Shown here piece after piece: positions 42,050 to 51,198 of a stretch of 64,000 nucleotides of DNA. The notes beneath the pieces were generated by a model. That model saw only the letters and a list, made by a program, of their open reading frames with translations, made no database searches and had not been told where the DNA came from. Made by a program: the position numbers and the translations under genes. The DNA lies in contig JAVYWK010000001.1 of assembly GCA_038727095.1 (NCBI GenBank), forward strand, positions 32,001 to 96,000, read 5' to 3'. The DNA is from Thermofilaceae archaeon (GTDB lineage: Archaea; Thermoproteota; Thermoprotei; Thermofilales; Thermofilaceae). How positions within the stretch are numbered: the stretch's first letter is position 1; each line of letters begins with the position of its first letter.

Positions 42050-42403
42050 ATGCGTTTCTACAAGCTGAGTAACCCGGGAGGATTGCAAGCTGTGAAAGCG
42101 GCGCTAGAGGCCCTTGACTCGTGGGTGCAAGCGGACTCCGAAGGAGGGGTTAGGGTTGTAAAGATCGAGCGCATCAGGACGACCCCGGGGATGCTTGAAG
42201 CACTCGTCAGGATCTCGTATAAGGCCCGTTCACGCCGCGCGTGGAGCGACCTCTTCATGCTAGAGGCTCAGCAGGTTGGACTGGAGTTGTTTCTCGAGGT
42301 TCATAGGATTAGTGGAATAGGGCGCACAGATCCCGACTTCCTGGTCGACAGCCTAGCTAAGCGGTTGGCTCTTCAAGCAGTAGATGATACCGGCGTCAAC
42401 TAG
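42050..42403 (+). CDS. Hypothetical protein
   Basis: 117-aa ORF filling the gap, typical composition. Confidence 0.6.
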   Translation: MRFYKLSNPGGLQAVKAALEALDSWVQADSEGGVRVVKIERIRTTPGMLEALVRISYKARSRRAWSDLFMLEAQQVGLELFLEVHRISGIGRTDPDFLVDSLAKRLALQAVDDTGVN

Positions 42404-43706
42404 GATAGGGTATGCGAGCGCGTAGGAAAGCTTTCTTGTCCCTCGTGAGGGGTATTGTAGCGTCGATACCCAACTTCGAAGTGGTCAAGTCCTCCGGATC
42501 GGCTGTAGGGTCGAGGCTCGAACCCCTGAATCCTTGAAGCACGATTAAGTCCTCAGCTGGCTGCATGCGCGTCGTTATGGCCCATAAGAGCTCGTTCGGA
42601 TCATCGACGTTCACATCCTCGTCCACCACTATCGCGATCTTTAGGGAGGGATGTGCGGCGAACGCCGCCAGCAAAGCGTTCTTGGCGTCCCCATCGGCGC
42701 TCTTCGATATTGATACTGCTGCCATAAGCCAGCCCCCGCCAGCCTCTAGCAGTCTGACAGCTTTGACTCGGGGAACCACCTTTCTGACGCTGTCCCAAAT
42801 CAAAGCCTCCCTGTAAAAGCCCATTAGTAGCGCGTGCTCGCGCCCCCCTTGGAGTATCGCATAGTAGAGAGCATCCTCTCTCACCAGCACTTCCTTCACT
42901 TCGAGGACTGGCTGCACTCTCACAGCATCAAGAGTTCCTAGAACATCGACGAAAGGACCTTCGGGGGCGCTCACATCTGTCCTGAGCTCGCCGATAATGA
43001 TTATTTCGGATTCCAGCGGGACGGGAATACCGTTTTCGGTTTCGAACGCCCTAAGCTTACCTTCCATCATGGCGTTCGCAACCTCGAGTTCGAATACCCC
43101 GTAGGGAGGTGATGATGCCGCGGCCACGTACACTTCTGGCGGAGATCCGATAACGACAGCGACGGGGAAGTTTACGCCAGCCTTCCGGGCTTTCTCAAGG
43201 ATGTAGTAGAGGTGGCGGGGAACAACTCTTACGGCCAAGTGCCTTCCATCTATCACTAGCATGCGATGTATGCTGGCGTTGAGCACCTCCCCTCCTGGCT
43301 CCCTCGCGATGATTATTGCAGAGGTGATGTAGGGGCCCGCTTCGCCTTCGTAGCTGCGCAGCACGGGCAATCGCTCGATGCCGCTGAACCTCTTGAATCC
43401 CCCGGGTGCTCCCTCAATCTTCAGCGGTAAAGGGTTGTTAACGGCTCTGAGGAGCTTAGAGAATGCCTGCTCATCTCCCGTTGCGTTCAGAAGCTTATAG
43501 AGTACGCTGCGATTGGTGATGACGTTGCCGACGATTGGTATCTCGTAGCCCTTAGGCTTCTCGAAGAGGACGCCTTTGGAGCCGTCAAACACCTTTAACC
43601 AGTACGCGCACTCGTAATCCGTTGACACCGGCTGAAGGATGCGATGCAGCAAACCCTCTGCTTCTAACCGTTCCACGAAGCCCCTGAGCCTTACCAACTC
43701 CGACAC
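42396..43706 (-). CDS. UbiD-family prFMN decarboxylase (possibly anhydromevalonate phosphate decarboxylase)
   Basis: NASIHR, EGPF, VVDEDV, SSLDP, KLGIDAT. Confidence 0.88.
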   Translation of the reverse strand: MSELVRLRGFVERLEAEGLLHRILQPVSTDYECAYWLKVFDGSKGVLFEKPKGYEIPIVGNVITNRSVLYKLLNATGDEQAFSKLLRAVNNPLPLKIEGAPGGFKRFSGIERLPVLRSYEGEAGPYITSAIIIAREPGGEVLNASIHRMLVIDGRHLAVRVVPRHLYYILEKARKAGVNFPVAVVIGSPPEVYVAAASSPPYGVFELEVANAMMEGKLRAFETENGIPVPLESEIIIIGELRTDVSAPEGPFVDVLGTLDAVRVQPVLEVKEVLVREDALYYAILQGGREHALLMGFYREALIWDSVRKVVPRVKAVRLLEAGGGWLMAAVSISKSADGDAKNALLAAFAAHPSLKIAIVVDEDVNVDDPNELLWAITTRMQPAEDLIVLQGFRGSSLDPTADPEDLTTSKLGIDATIPLTRDKKAFLRARIPYPS

Positions 43707-44174
43707 CTACCGGCTAGCTCTTTCCTCCCTGAGCGGCCTAACGTAATCGGCGCTTATCGTAATGGGCAGCGGGTATGCAGCTTCGGTGACTTCCACTTTC
43801 ACTTCACCCCGGCTCTTATCTACCTCCAGCACCCGCCCCCTCATGCCTAGGAAGGGACCCCCTGTGATTTCGACTAGATCTCCAACCTGAATCACCTCGA
43901 TCATGGGCCTCGGAGCTATGAGCCGCTCAAGCTCCTGGAACTCCATGCTACCCCTCATAAGCCCGCGCACATGCTTCAGACCTGCAGACATTCTCTGAAC
44001 GACATGTGATCCTTCCGCTTCCGCCACTATGACTCCCCGCAAGCCGGGTAGTATGCACAGCGACAGCACTGGCAGATGAGCCAGTTTTACACGCTCCTCC
44101 ATTAGAAGGGCCATCATCACCTCTTGCCCCTGCGTAACTCGGATGCCGTAGAAGCGAAACCGTCTAGCGCTCAC
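43707..44174 (-). CDS. spt5: Transcription elongation factor Spt5
   Basis: VTQGQE, KOW GDLVEITGGPF. Confidence 0.93.
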   Translation of the reverse strand: MSARRFRFYGIRVTQGQEVMMALLMEERVKLAHLPVLSLCILPGLRGVIVAEAEGSHVVQRMSAGLKHVRGLMRGSMEFQELERLIAPRPMIEVIQVGDLVEITGGPFLGMRGRVLEVDKSRGEVKVEVTEAAYPLPITISADYVRPLREERASR

Positions 44175-44209
44175 GGAGTTCCTATCGCCCCCCTATGAAA
44201 AGCTATTCG

Positions 44210-44467
44210 CTAGTACCGCCGGCGCAGATATAGAACCACAGCGAGTGTAACAGCGGCTACCACTGCTAAAACTACAACTAGAACATCACCAGAGATGGGG
44301 GATACGCTCACCATCCGGAGCGCAGAGCCTGCGAGCTGAAACACGTACCCTATGGCCCCCAGTAGGGACAAGCCGAGCGCTACGATTCTAAGCGAGGCAC
44401 GGTAAGTTTTCTTATCGGGTCGTTTAGTGATCCTCAACGTACGCACGAAATTTTTTACGAAGCTCAT
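44210..44467 (-). CDS. secE: SecE/Sec61-gamma with an extra C-terminal TM helix
   Basis: RTLRITKRPD...LGAIGY, upstream of spt5. Confidence 0.85.
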   Translation of the reverse strand: MSFVKNFVRTLRITKRPDKKTYRASLRIVALGLSLLGAIGYVFQLAGSALRMVSVSPISGDVLVVVLAVVAAVTLAVVLYLRRRY

Positions 44468-44492
44468 GGCTGTGCTCAGGCCTGCGAGTGTT

Positions 44493-45428
44493 TTAAGCTT
44501 TCAAGTTTTCGGTTAGAAGGAACCTGAGTACAGCCTTTGCGGAGTGCAACCTGTTTTCAGCCTGGTCGAAGACGATCGAGTAAGGCCCTTCGATCACTTC
44601 ATCCTCTACCTCCTCCCCTCTCCGGGCGGGTAGGCAGTGCATGAAGACCGCATCGCTCCTCGCGCTTTTCATCAGCTCAGGAGTGACCCTGTACCCCGGT
44701 AGGAATGCTTTCAATCGGTCCTCCCGTTCAGCTTCCTGCCCCATGGAGACGAAAACGTCAGTGTACACAACGTGGGCTCCCTTGACGGCTTCGAACGGGT
44801 CTTCATACACTTCAATACTGCCTCTAACCTCCTTTGCAGCCCGTATGAGCGCGGGAACATCGGGCTGGTACTGAGGGGGGCTAGCTACCCGAATCTCGCT
44901 GCCGAGCTTCAAGCCCGCTACAGCCAAGGAGGTGAAGACGTTATCGCGACCATCACCGATGAAAGCTATCCTCACGTCGTCTACGCGACCGAACTTCTCG
45001 AAGATCGTCGCGTAATCTGCTATCGCTTGCAGAGGGTGCTCCTTATCGCTGAGCAGATTGATCACCGGAACGCTGGAGAAACGAGTAAACTCTTCCAACA
45101 CCTCGTGCTTGTAAACGCGCGCGGCTATAGCGTCGTGATACCTTGACAGCACTCTGGCGGTATCCTTCACCGGCTCCCCTCGAGCGAGCTGCAGTTCCTC
45201 ACGGGTATACACTATAGGTAAGCCACCCATCTCGTAGACAGCTACTGCGAAGGAAGCCCGAGTCCGGGTCGAGGGTTTTTCAAAGAGCATGGCAACACTC
45301 CGCCCCTGCAGCTCTCCTGTGAGCCTAACCCCCCTTGCCCTAAGCCTCTTGTACTCGAGGGAGAGCTCAATAATGCGAAGGATCCCCTCCCTCGTGAGAT
45401 CGCTAATGCTGATGAGATGCCGAGCCAC
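44493..45428 (-). CDS. argF: Ornithine carbamoyltransferase
   Basis: STRTR, HPLQ, SMG, HCLP, QAENR. Confidence 0.93.
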   Translation of the reverse strand: MARHLISISDLTREGILRIIELSLEYKRLRARGVRLTGELQGRSVAMLFEKPSTRTRASFAVAVYEMGGLPIVYTREELQLARGEPVKDTARVLSRYHDAIAARVYKHEVLEEFTRFSSVPVINLLSDKEHPLQAIADYATIFEKFGRVDDVRIAFIGDGRDNVFTSLAVAGLKLGSEIRVASPPQYQPDVPALIRAAKEVRGSIEVYEDPFEAVKGAHVVYTDVFVSMGQEAEREDRLKAFLPGYRVTPELMKSARSDAVFMHCLPARRGEEVEDEVIEGPYSIVFDQAENRLHSAKAVLRFLLTENLKA

Positions 45429-45458
45429 GGCGGGAGGATGCCCCCCGCTCTTTAGGTG

Positions 45459-46367
45459 TTACGCTTGCAAGATTCTTTCCAGGAACCAGTCCACTGAGAA
45501 AGGCGTTAAATCGGAGTACGCTTGCCCGGTCCCCAGGTACAGTATTGGCTTGCCCGTAGCGTATACAAAGCTCAGCGCAGCGCCGCCCTTCGTGTCGGCA
45601 TCCACCTTCGTCAGTATGCCCCCATCTACTCCAACGTACTGGTTGAACTTGAGCGCTTGATCAAGTGCGTCGTTGCCCGTTAAAGCATCACCAACAAAAA
45701 TCTTGTAGTGAGGCTTAACGACTCGCGCTATCTTCGCCATCTCTTCCATCAAGTTTATGTCGGTCTGCAGACGCCCAGCAGTATCGATGAGCACCAGATC
45801 CAGGCCGCGCTTTCGAGCGTAGGCTACAGCATCGTAAGCTACTGCCGCGGGATCAGACCCGTAACCGTGCTCCACGATGTCCGCTCCAACAGCCCTAGCG
45901 TGAGCTCTCAACTGCTCGATCGCCCCCGCTCTCCACGTATCTGCTGCCGCGAAAACCACCGAGTATCCCTTCGTCTTGAACCTGTACCCGAGCTTCGCCA
46001 GTGTGGTTGTCTTCCCGTGTCCGTTAGGTCCCAGGAACAGTATCCTAATGACTTCACCTGAGGAGCGCAGCCTTGCAACCTCTTGCTCTAAATCGAACCA
46101 CTCGGCTCTTTCAAAAATCTTCAGCAGTGCGTTGCGGAGCAGTTCTCTCACAAGCTTCTCTCGATCCCCTGCCCTAGGCACTCGCAGCTGACCCGCTTCA
46201 CTTCTCACATGCTGGGCGACTTCTTCAGCCGCCTCGAGGGCCACGTCGCACTCTAAAAGCTTGTACACAGTGATGGATTCGATCTCCTCCAATTCCTCTT
46301 CAGATAGCTTAGAAGTGGTAATCCTCGTAGCGATTTGATGCAAGACGCTTTTTAACCCCTCAAGCAT
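45459..46367 (-). CDS. ftsY: SRP receptor FtsY
   Basis: GPNGHGKTT, DTAGR, TKVD, GTGQ. Confidence 0.95.
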   Translation of the reverse strand: MLEGLKSVLHQIATRITTSKLSEEELEEIESITVYKLLECDVALEAAEEVAQHVRSEAGQLRVPRAGDREKLVRELLRNALLKIFERAEWFDLEQEVARLRSSGEVIRILFLGPNGHGKTTTLAKLGYRFKTKGYSVVFAAADTWRAGAIEQLRAHARAVGADIVEHGYGSDPAAVAYDAVAYARKRGLDLVLIDTAGRLQTDINLMEEMAKIARVVKPHYKIFVGDALTGNDALDQALKFNQYVGVDGGILTKVDADTKGGAALSFVYATGKPILYLGTGQAYSDLTPFSVDWFLERILQA

Positions 46368-46440
46368 GTAATACCCCTCCCTTGTTTCTTTCTTTCGCGG
46401 GGGATCTTGCTTCCGGTCCTTTGAGCATGGAGAGCCAATA

Positions 46441-46851
46441 CTACCTGCTCATGCTCCGTATCTGCTGCTCAAGCTCTTGCAATCGGTTGAGCAACGCTTG
46501 GTACTCAGCCATGCTCCTCTGCAGAGCGTCTCTAATCTGCTGTTCCCTGCTTCCGACAATCTTTAGGGCTTCATCCACGTTTTTCTCTATCATTATGTTG
46601 GCTCCGATTGTCACCACCACACTACTCTTATTCGCGAGCTTCACGCGTACAAAAACCCCAGCACCAAGGGGTACCAGCAGCTCGTCACCCTCGTTGAGAT
46701 TCTGGGTTTCCTCTAGCGCTCGTCTCGCTGCTGCAATCTCGTTTATGCTCGCGTTCAAAAGCTCAATCCTCTTCCTCATTTCCTCGGCAAGTTGGCTCAC
46801 CAGCGTGTACTCGGCTACCAGCTGCTCCCTTTGAGCGCCAGCTTCAGCCAT
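46441..46851 (-). CDS. pfdA: Prefoldin alpha
   Basis: LVPLGAGVFV, IGANIMIEK, coiled coils. Confidence 0.93.
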   Translation of the reverse strand: MAEAGAQREQLVAEYTLVSQLAEEMRKRIELLNASINEIAAARRALEETQNLNEGDELLVPLGAGVFVRVKLANKSSVVVTIGANIMIEKNVDEALKIVGSREQQIRDALQRSMAEYQALLNRLQELEQQIRSMSR

Positions 46852-46861
46852 GACTTACACC

Positions 46862-47119
46862 TTAAGCCACAACCCTATCCAGGTTCAGTAGGCTTGCCAC
46901 ATGTGGCTTGCTGATCTCACTCTCCTGTATCTCGCGGGCTTCGACTATTTCTATGTGAGATCTTTTCAGTTTGTGGCGGGAGCCGAGCTCACTTAGCACT
47001 CGTTCAATAGCGTGTTCGAGCTTCAAAGCAGGCACCTCTGCCACGAACTTCCTCCTCTCGCCAACCCTGTACAACTTCATGAAGCCAACAATTCTAAACA
47101 CCTTAACCTCTCGAGCCAT
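46862..47119 (-). CDS. rpl18a: Ribosomal protein LX (L18a/eL20)
   Basis: SELGSRHKLKR. Confidence 0.92.
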   Translation of the reverse strand: MAREVKVFRIVGFMKLYRVGERRKFVAEVPALKLEHAIERVLSELGSRHKLKRSHIEIVEAREIQESEISKPHVASLLNLDRVVA

Positions 47120-47205
47120 TGCAGGTAACCCCATAGAGATATGTTTAAGGTCTTTTCCCTCGACTAGTGCCCCTTCGAGTAGTATGGAAGTGCTAAGTTT
47201 AGCGA

Positions 47206-47331
47206 TGGTGCGGGGGCCGGGATTCGAACCCGGGCAGGCCTACGCCAGCGGAGATCCCATCCGCAGTCTGCTGATCCTGAGTCTGGGCCTTAGGGTGACC
47301 GCCCCCTTTGACCTAGCTCGGGCACCCCCGC
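47206..47331 (-). tRNA. tRNA-Leu(CAG) with two introns (30/31, 16 nt; 37/38, 22 nt), CCA encoded
   Basis: Type II cloverleaf after removing TCACCCTAAGGCCCAG and ATCAGCAGACTGCGGATGGGAT. BHB motifs at both. Confidence 0.9.
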
Positions 47332-47374
47332 TAGAGTGAGTGGCTCAACAGTGGTTTAAAAGCCTCGCGTTAAT

Positions 47375-48226
47375 GTGCGCACGATGCTTGTCATAGCGGG
47401 CTTAGGGATATACGGTTTAAGGGATCTCACGTTGGGCACTCTCGAGTACTTAAAGCGCGCTGACGCGGTCTACGTAGAGTCTTACACTAGCTTAATCCCG
47501 GACTTCAACGTGCGAGATCTGGAGGGCCTAGTGGGAAGGAATGCGGTAGTTATTGGGCGTAACGTCATTGAAGGGGAAAAGCTCTATGAAATAATCGAGA
47601 TGGCCAGGGAGAAGCTGGTAGTTCTACTGGCCCCCGGAGACCCCTTTATTGCGACTACACACATCGTCATTAAGCTGGAAGCCATCAAGAGGGGGGTTGA
47701 GGTCCAATACCTGCCGGCACCCTCCGTAGTGAACGCGATCAGCGCAGCTACCGGTCTCGACTTCTACAAGTTCTGTCAACCTGTAACCATCGTCAGCCCG
47801 CGCCCCAGCTACTTCCCTCTGACCCCCTACTACGTCTTAATGGAGAACCTTAAGAGGGGACTACACACCCTCTTCCTTCTAGAACTTGACGTGGAGCGGG
47901 GATACGCGATGCGCGCGGAGGAGGCCGCCCAGCTACTGCGGCGCATGGAGGAGCGTGTGGGAAAGGGGATTATCGACTGCGAAGAAACCCTCTTCGTATC
48001 GGTTGCGCGAGCTTCGAGCCCCAGTCAGATCGTGAAGGCGTTCAAACTCACCTCCACGCCGGACTTTGGTCCTCCACCACATGTCCTCATAGTGCCCGGT
48101 CTACTGAATCCCGTCGAGAAGGAAGCTCTACAGCTGATAGCTGGCGCCTCCCCCCTCGATGTCGAAAAGTGGCATAGTAGGGTGAAAGCACTCATGAAAG
48201 AAAAAACGAGTTATTGCGTACAATAG
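47375..48226 (+). CDS. dph5: Diphthine synthase
   Basis: ESYTS, GDPFIATTH, GLHTL. Confidence 0.93.
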   Translation: MRTMLVIAGLGIYGLRDLTLGTLEYLKRADAVYVESYTSLIPDFNVRDLEGLVGRNAVVIGRNVIEGEKLYEIIEMAREKLVVLLAPGDPFIATTHIVIKLEAIKRGVEVQYLPAPSVVNAISAATGLDFYKFCQPVTIVSPRPSYFPLTPYYVLMENLKRGLHTLFLLELDVERGYAMRAEEAAQLLRRMEERVGKGIIDCEETLFVSVARASSPSQIVKAFKLTSTPDFGPPPHVLIVPGLLNPVEKEALQLIAGASPLDVEKWHSRVKALMKEKTSYCVQ

Positions 48227-48260
48227 CGCAATAAGCTAGGCCTGTGAGGAGGGTAAGGCT

Positions 48261-48932
48261 ATGGAATCTCTTGAAAGAGCCAGAAGGTACATTGAGAACC
48301 TCCGCGCAGCTCTAGTTGACTTGGAGGAGAAGGATCTCGGAGTTGCTACGCGGGTCGTTGAGCAGGCTCGAAGCTACCTATCTGATGCGGAGTTCTACCT
48401 AGAAAAGGGGGATGCAATCACCAGCATAGCGTGCTCGTCCTATGCTGAGGGGCTTCTTGACGCGCTGAACTTGCTTAGCGTGGCTAGAATCGAGTGGCCA
48501 CGCAAGCCCAGACCGAGGGTCATCGTTGGGGGGGCCTTTGAGATTCTGCACCCTGGCCATCTACACCTCCTTCGACGGGCTAGGGAGCTGGGCAGGGTCA
48601 TTGTGATCGTGGCCCGGGACTCCACGATCCAGAAGCTGAAGGGGAGGCCACCTATAGTTCCTGAGCAGCAACGTTTGGAGGTTGTCAAGAGCATTAGATA
48701 CGTTGATGAGGCCTACCTAGGTAGCGACCCCCTCGATGTTGAAGGAGTACTGCTGAAATTAAGGCCAGATGTCGTCCTACTGGGCCCTGACCAGCACTAC
48801 CTGGAGAAGCTGGTTAGAGAAGCGATCTCCCGATTGAACTTAAGCACAAACGTTATGAAGCTCGAGAATAGGGTGGGCACTGAGAGTTTCTCTAGCAGCG
48901 CGATTATCAGAAAACTTTCCGAGCATACTTAG
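48261..48932 (+). CDS. DUF357 domain fused to FAD synthetase RibL-like nucleotidyltransferase
   Basis: YLSDAEFY...YAEGLLDAL, then FEILHPGH, VARD, LGPDQ, SSSAI. Confidence 0.85.
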   Translation: MESLERARRYIENLRAALVDLEEKDLGVATRVVEQARSYLSDAEFYLEKGDAITSIACSSYAEGLLDALNLLSVARIEWPRKPRPRVIVGGAFEILHPGHLHLLRRARELGRVIVIVARDSTIQKLKGRPPIVPEQQRLEVVKSIRYVDEAYLGSDPLDVEGVLLKLRPDVVLLGPDQHYLEKLVREAISRLNLSTNVMKLENRVGTESFSSSAIIRKLSEHT

Positions 48933-49551
48933 TGGCAGTCTCGTGTGCCAGCCTGAGGGGCTCTGGGAGGCGAGCCCCTTTCCTTGTGAGCTTCGAGACG
49001 AGGGCAACAGCTGTGAGTAGGGAGACCTTGTGCCCCACACTCACGTAGATGGGCTTGAATGATGTACGCAAAGCAACCCCTACGACCTTGCCTGATAAAA
49101 GGACGGGCGCTTCTCGCCCACTCCACTCGCCAACCTCGCCGCATAGCAGCTTTTTGGCCACCCCTATCGTCGGCTTGTCTACGGCGAGGCCTACTTGGCA
49201 GGCTATCCCGGCGCCTAGAGGGTGGAGCCTTCCATTCCCATCAACTATCAGTACGTCGGGCTCCAAGTCTAGCTTGCGCAGTGCAGCTATCATAGGGCCC
49301 GCTTCCCTGAAAGCGAGAAGCGTGGGAATGTAGGGTACATGCACCTCCAGTTCGACAACGCTGCTTGTGACAAACCTGAGCGTGCGTGTATCAACTACGG
49401 CAGCAGCCGCGATCGCGCGTGGCCCAGAGTATGTGACATCAACTCCAGCAACGTACCTGACCTCGCTGGGAAGAGCATCGCTTTCTAACACCCTAGACGC
49501 TATCGCGCGTTGAGCGAACCTGGCCCTCTCTACACTAAACACCACGCCCAT
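48907..49551 (-). CDS. nfi: Endonuclease V
   Basis: AGVD, PYIPTLLAFRE, VDGNGRLHP, IGVAK, PEPLRLAH. Confidence 0.93.
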   Translation of the reverse strand: MGVVFSVERARFAQRAIASRVLESDALPSEVRYVAGVDVTYSGPRAIAAAAVVDTRTLRFVTSSVVELEVHVPYIPTLLAFREAGPMIAALRKLDLEPDVLIVDGNGRLHPLGAGIACQVGLAVDKPTIGVAKKLLCGEVGEWSGREAPVLLSGKVVGVALRTSFKPIYVSVGHKVSLLTAVALVSKLTRKGARLPEPLRLAHETATKYARKVF

Positions 49552-50203
49552 GCAGCTCGCCTAGGAGCGCCTTTACCGCTCGCTCCAGGTTGTTGCTTGT
49601 CAGGGAGTAGTGGAAGTCCCGGACCGAGCTCTCGATCAACGCTCTAAGCACGTCTATCTTGCGCCTTAAGCCTGGAACGAGAGCCTCGGGGACGGCGATT
49701 GAAACCAGTGCTCTGTAGATTTCCTCCATGAGTTTGAGCTCCCGCGCGGCGGACGCGTAGTCGCCGCTGCTGAGATGCCTCAACAGCAGCCTCCTTAGCT
49801 CCCCTGTGAAGTCCGCCAAACCCAGTAGGAAGTGAACTGGTTCAACGCGTAGAGCCTCATACCCCTGCATTTCTTCCCCTTTAAGGTAGCTGTATAGCGC
49901 GTTGGCCTCAACGTACTCAGCCAGAGCAGCCGTTACGGACCCACCGTAGTACAGCCGTGGACTCGACTCTTTAAAAGCTAGAAGCTCCTCCACTATAGCG
50001 CGCAGATGCTCCAGGAGGCTTTCGGCTGCAGCGAGATCCCCGTCGTGAAGCTTGAATATAGTCTGGCGCGAAAGCCTGACGATTTCGCGCGTGAGCGTTA
50101 GCAGCTTCTCTCGAGCTTTATCCTCGGCTTCCAGCACACCCCGAGCCCGCTCTACGGAGTCTAGCAACGCACTTACACCACGCTCCGCCATTACCAAACG
50201 CAT
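49535..50203 (-). CDS. Translin/TRAX-family protein
   Basis: EYVEA, LLGLADFTGELRR, LRRKIDV. Confidence 0.88.
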   Translation of the reverse strand: MRLVMAERGVSALLDSVERARGVLEAEDKAREKLLTLTREIVRLSRQTIFKLHDGDLAAAESLLEHLRAIVEELLAFKESSPRLYYGGSVTAALAEYVEANALYSYLKGEEMQGYEALRVEPVHFLLGLADFTGELRRLLLRHLSSGDYASAARELKLMEEIYRALVSIAVPEALVPGLRRKIDVLRALIESSVRDFHYSLTSNNLERAVKALLGELHGRGV

Positions 50204-50283
50204 CGTTAAACTCGTTTTTAATCGTTTTCCACGAAGTTAAGCTCTTATCAGCACGTGAAAGAGCACCAGCAGGAGAAAGAGAG

Positions 50284-51189
50284 ATGGAGGAGTTGGAGAG
50301 GTGGCTCGCAGCTGGAGAAGCCGTCAGAGAGGCTCTTTCAAAGGCTTTCGACATGGTTAAGGAAGGGGTCAGTTTGCTGGAGTTAGCTGAGAGACTCGAA
50401 GCTGAAGTAGCACGAAGAGGGGCGCAGCCGGCCTTTCCAGCAAACATTTCGATCAATGAAGTAGCTGCACACTACTCTCCAGGCGTGGAGGATAGGACAG
50501 TCGTCCCGGAGAAAGGGGTGGTGAAGGTTGACCTCGGTGCTCACGTTGACGGGTGCATTGCTGATGCCGCAGTAACGATCGCGCTGGACCGCCGGTACGA
50601 ACCTCTCGTTGACACAGCGATGCAAGCGCTGCGGGCAGCGCTTAGCGCTTTGAAGCCCTCCATTGATTTATGTGAGATAGGGTACGTCGTTGAGTCGACT
50701 GTTAGAGCGCGAGGTCTAAAGCCAATCTCAAACCTCTCCGGGCACTCGATGCAACGGTACGTGCTTCACGCTGGGAAACACGTGCCAAACGTCCGTTCTG
50801 ACCCGTGCGGAAAGGCCTCTATTGGGGAGATCTACGCGATTGAACCCTTCGTAACCGACGGGGCCGGTTTTGTTGTAGAGGAGGAGCGGGGGACGATCTA
50901 TAGGTTGGTAAGCAACAAGAGCCTCGGCGAACCTTGGCTCGACCAACAATTGAGGAGATTGTGGTCCAGGTACAGGAATCTGCCTTTCTCTGAGAGATGG
51001 GTGTACGCGGAAGAAGGTCAACAGGGGCTTAAAGGCCTGATAAGGCTCATCGAGCAGCGCCGAGTTTACCGTTACCCGGTACTCGTCGAAGCGAGGAGGG
51101 GGATGGTCTCCCAGTTCGAAGATACCGTGTTCGTGCAACACGGGAGGAACATCAATACGACGCGTGTGCTAGAGCTGGTACGCGCGTAG
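50284..51189 (+). CDS. map: Methionine aminopeptidase type II
   Basis: AAHY, DLGAHVDG, LSGH, AIEPF, QFEDT. Confidence 0.93.
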   Translation: MEELERWLAAGEAVREALSKAFDMVKEGVSLLELAERLEAEVARRGAQPAFPANISINEVAAHYSPGVEDRTVVPEKGVVKVDLGAHVDGCIADAAVTIALDRRYEPLVDTAMQALRAALSALKPSIDLCEIGYVVESTVRARGLKPISNLSGHSMQRYVLHAGKHVPNVRSDPCGKASIGEIYAIEPFVTDGAGFVVEEERGTIYRLVSNKSLGEPWLDQQLRRLWSRYRNLPFSERWVYAEEGQQGLKGLIRLIEQRRVYRYPVLVEARRGMVSQFEDTVFVQHGRNINTTRVLELVRA

Positions 51190-51198
51190 CATCCTCTT

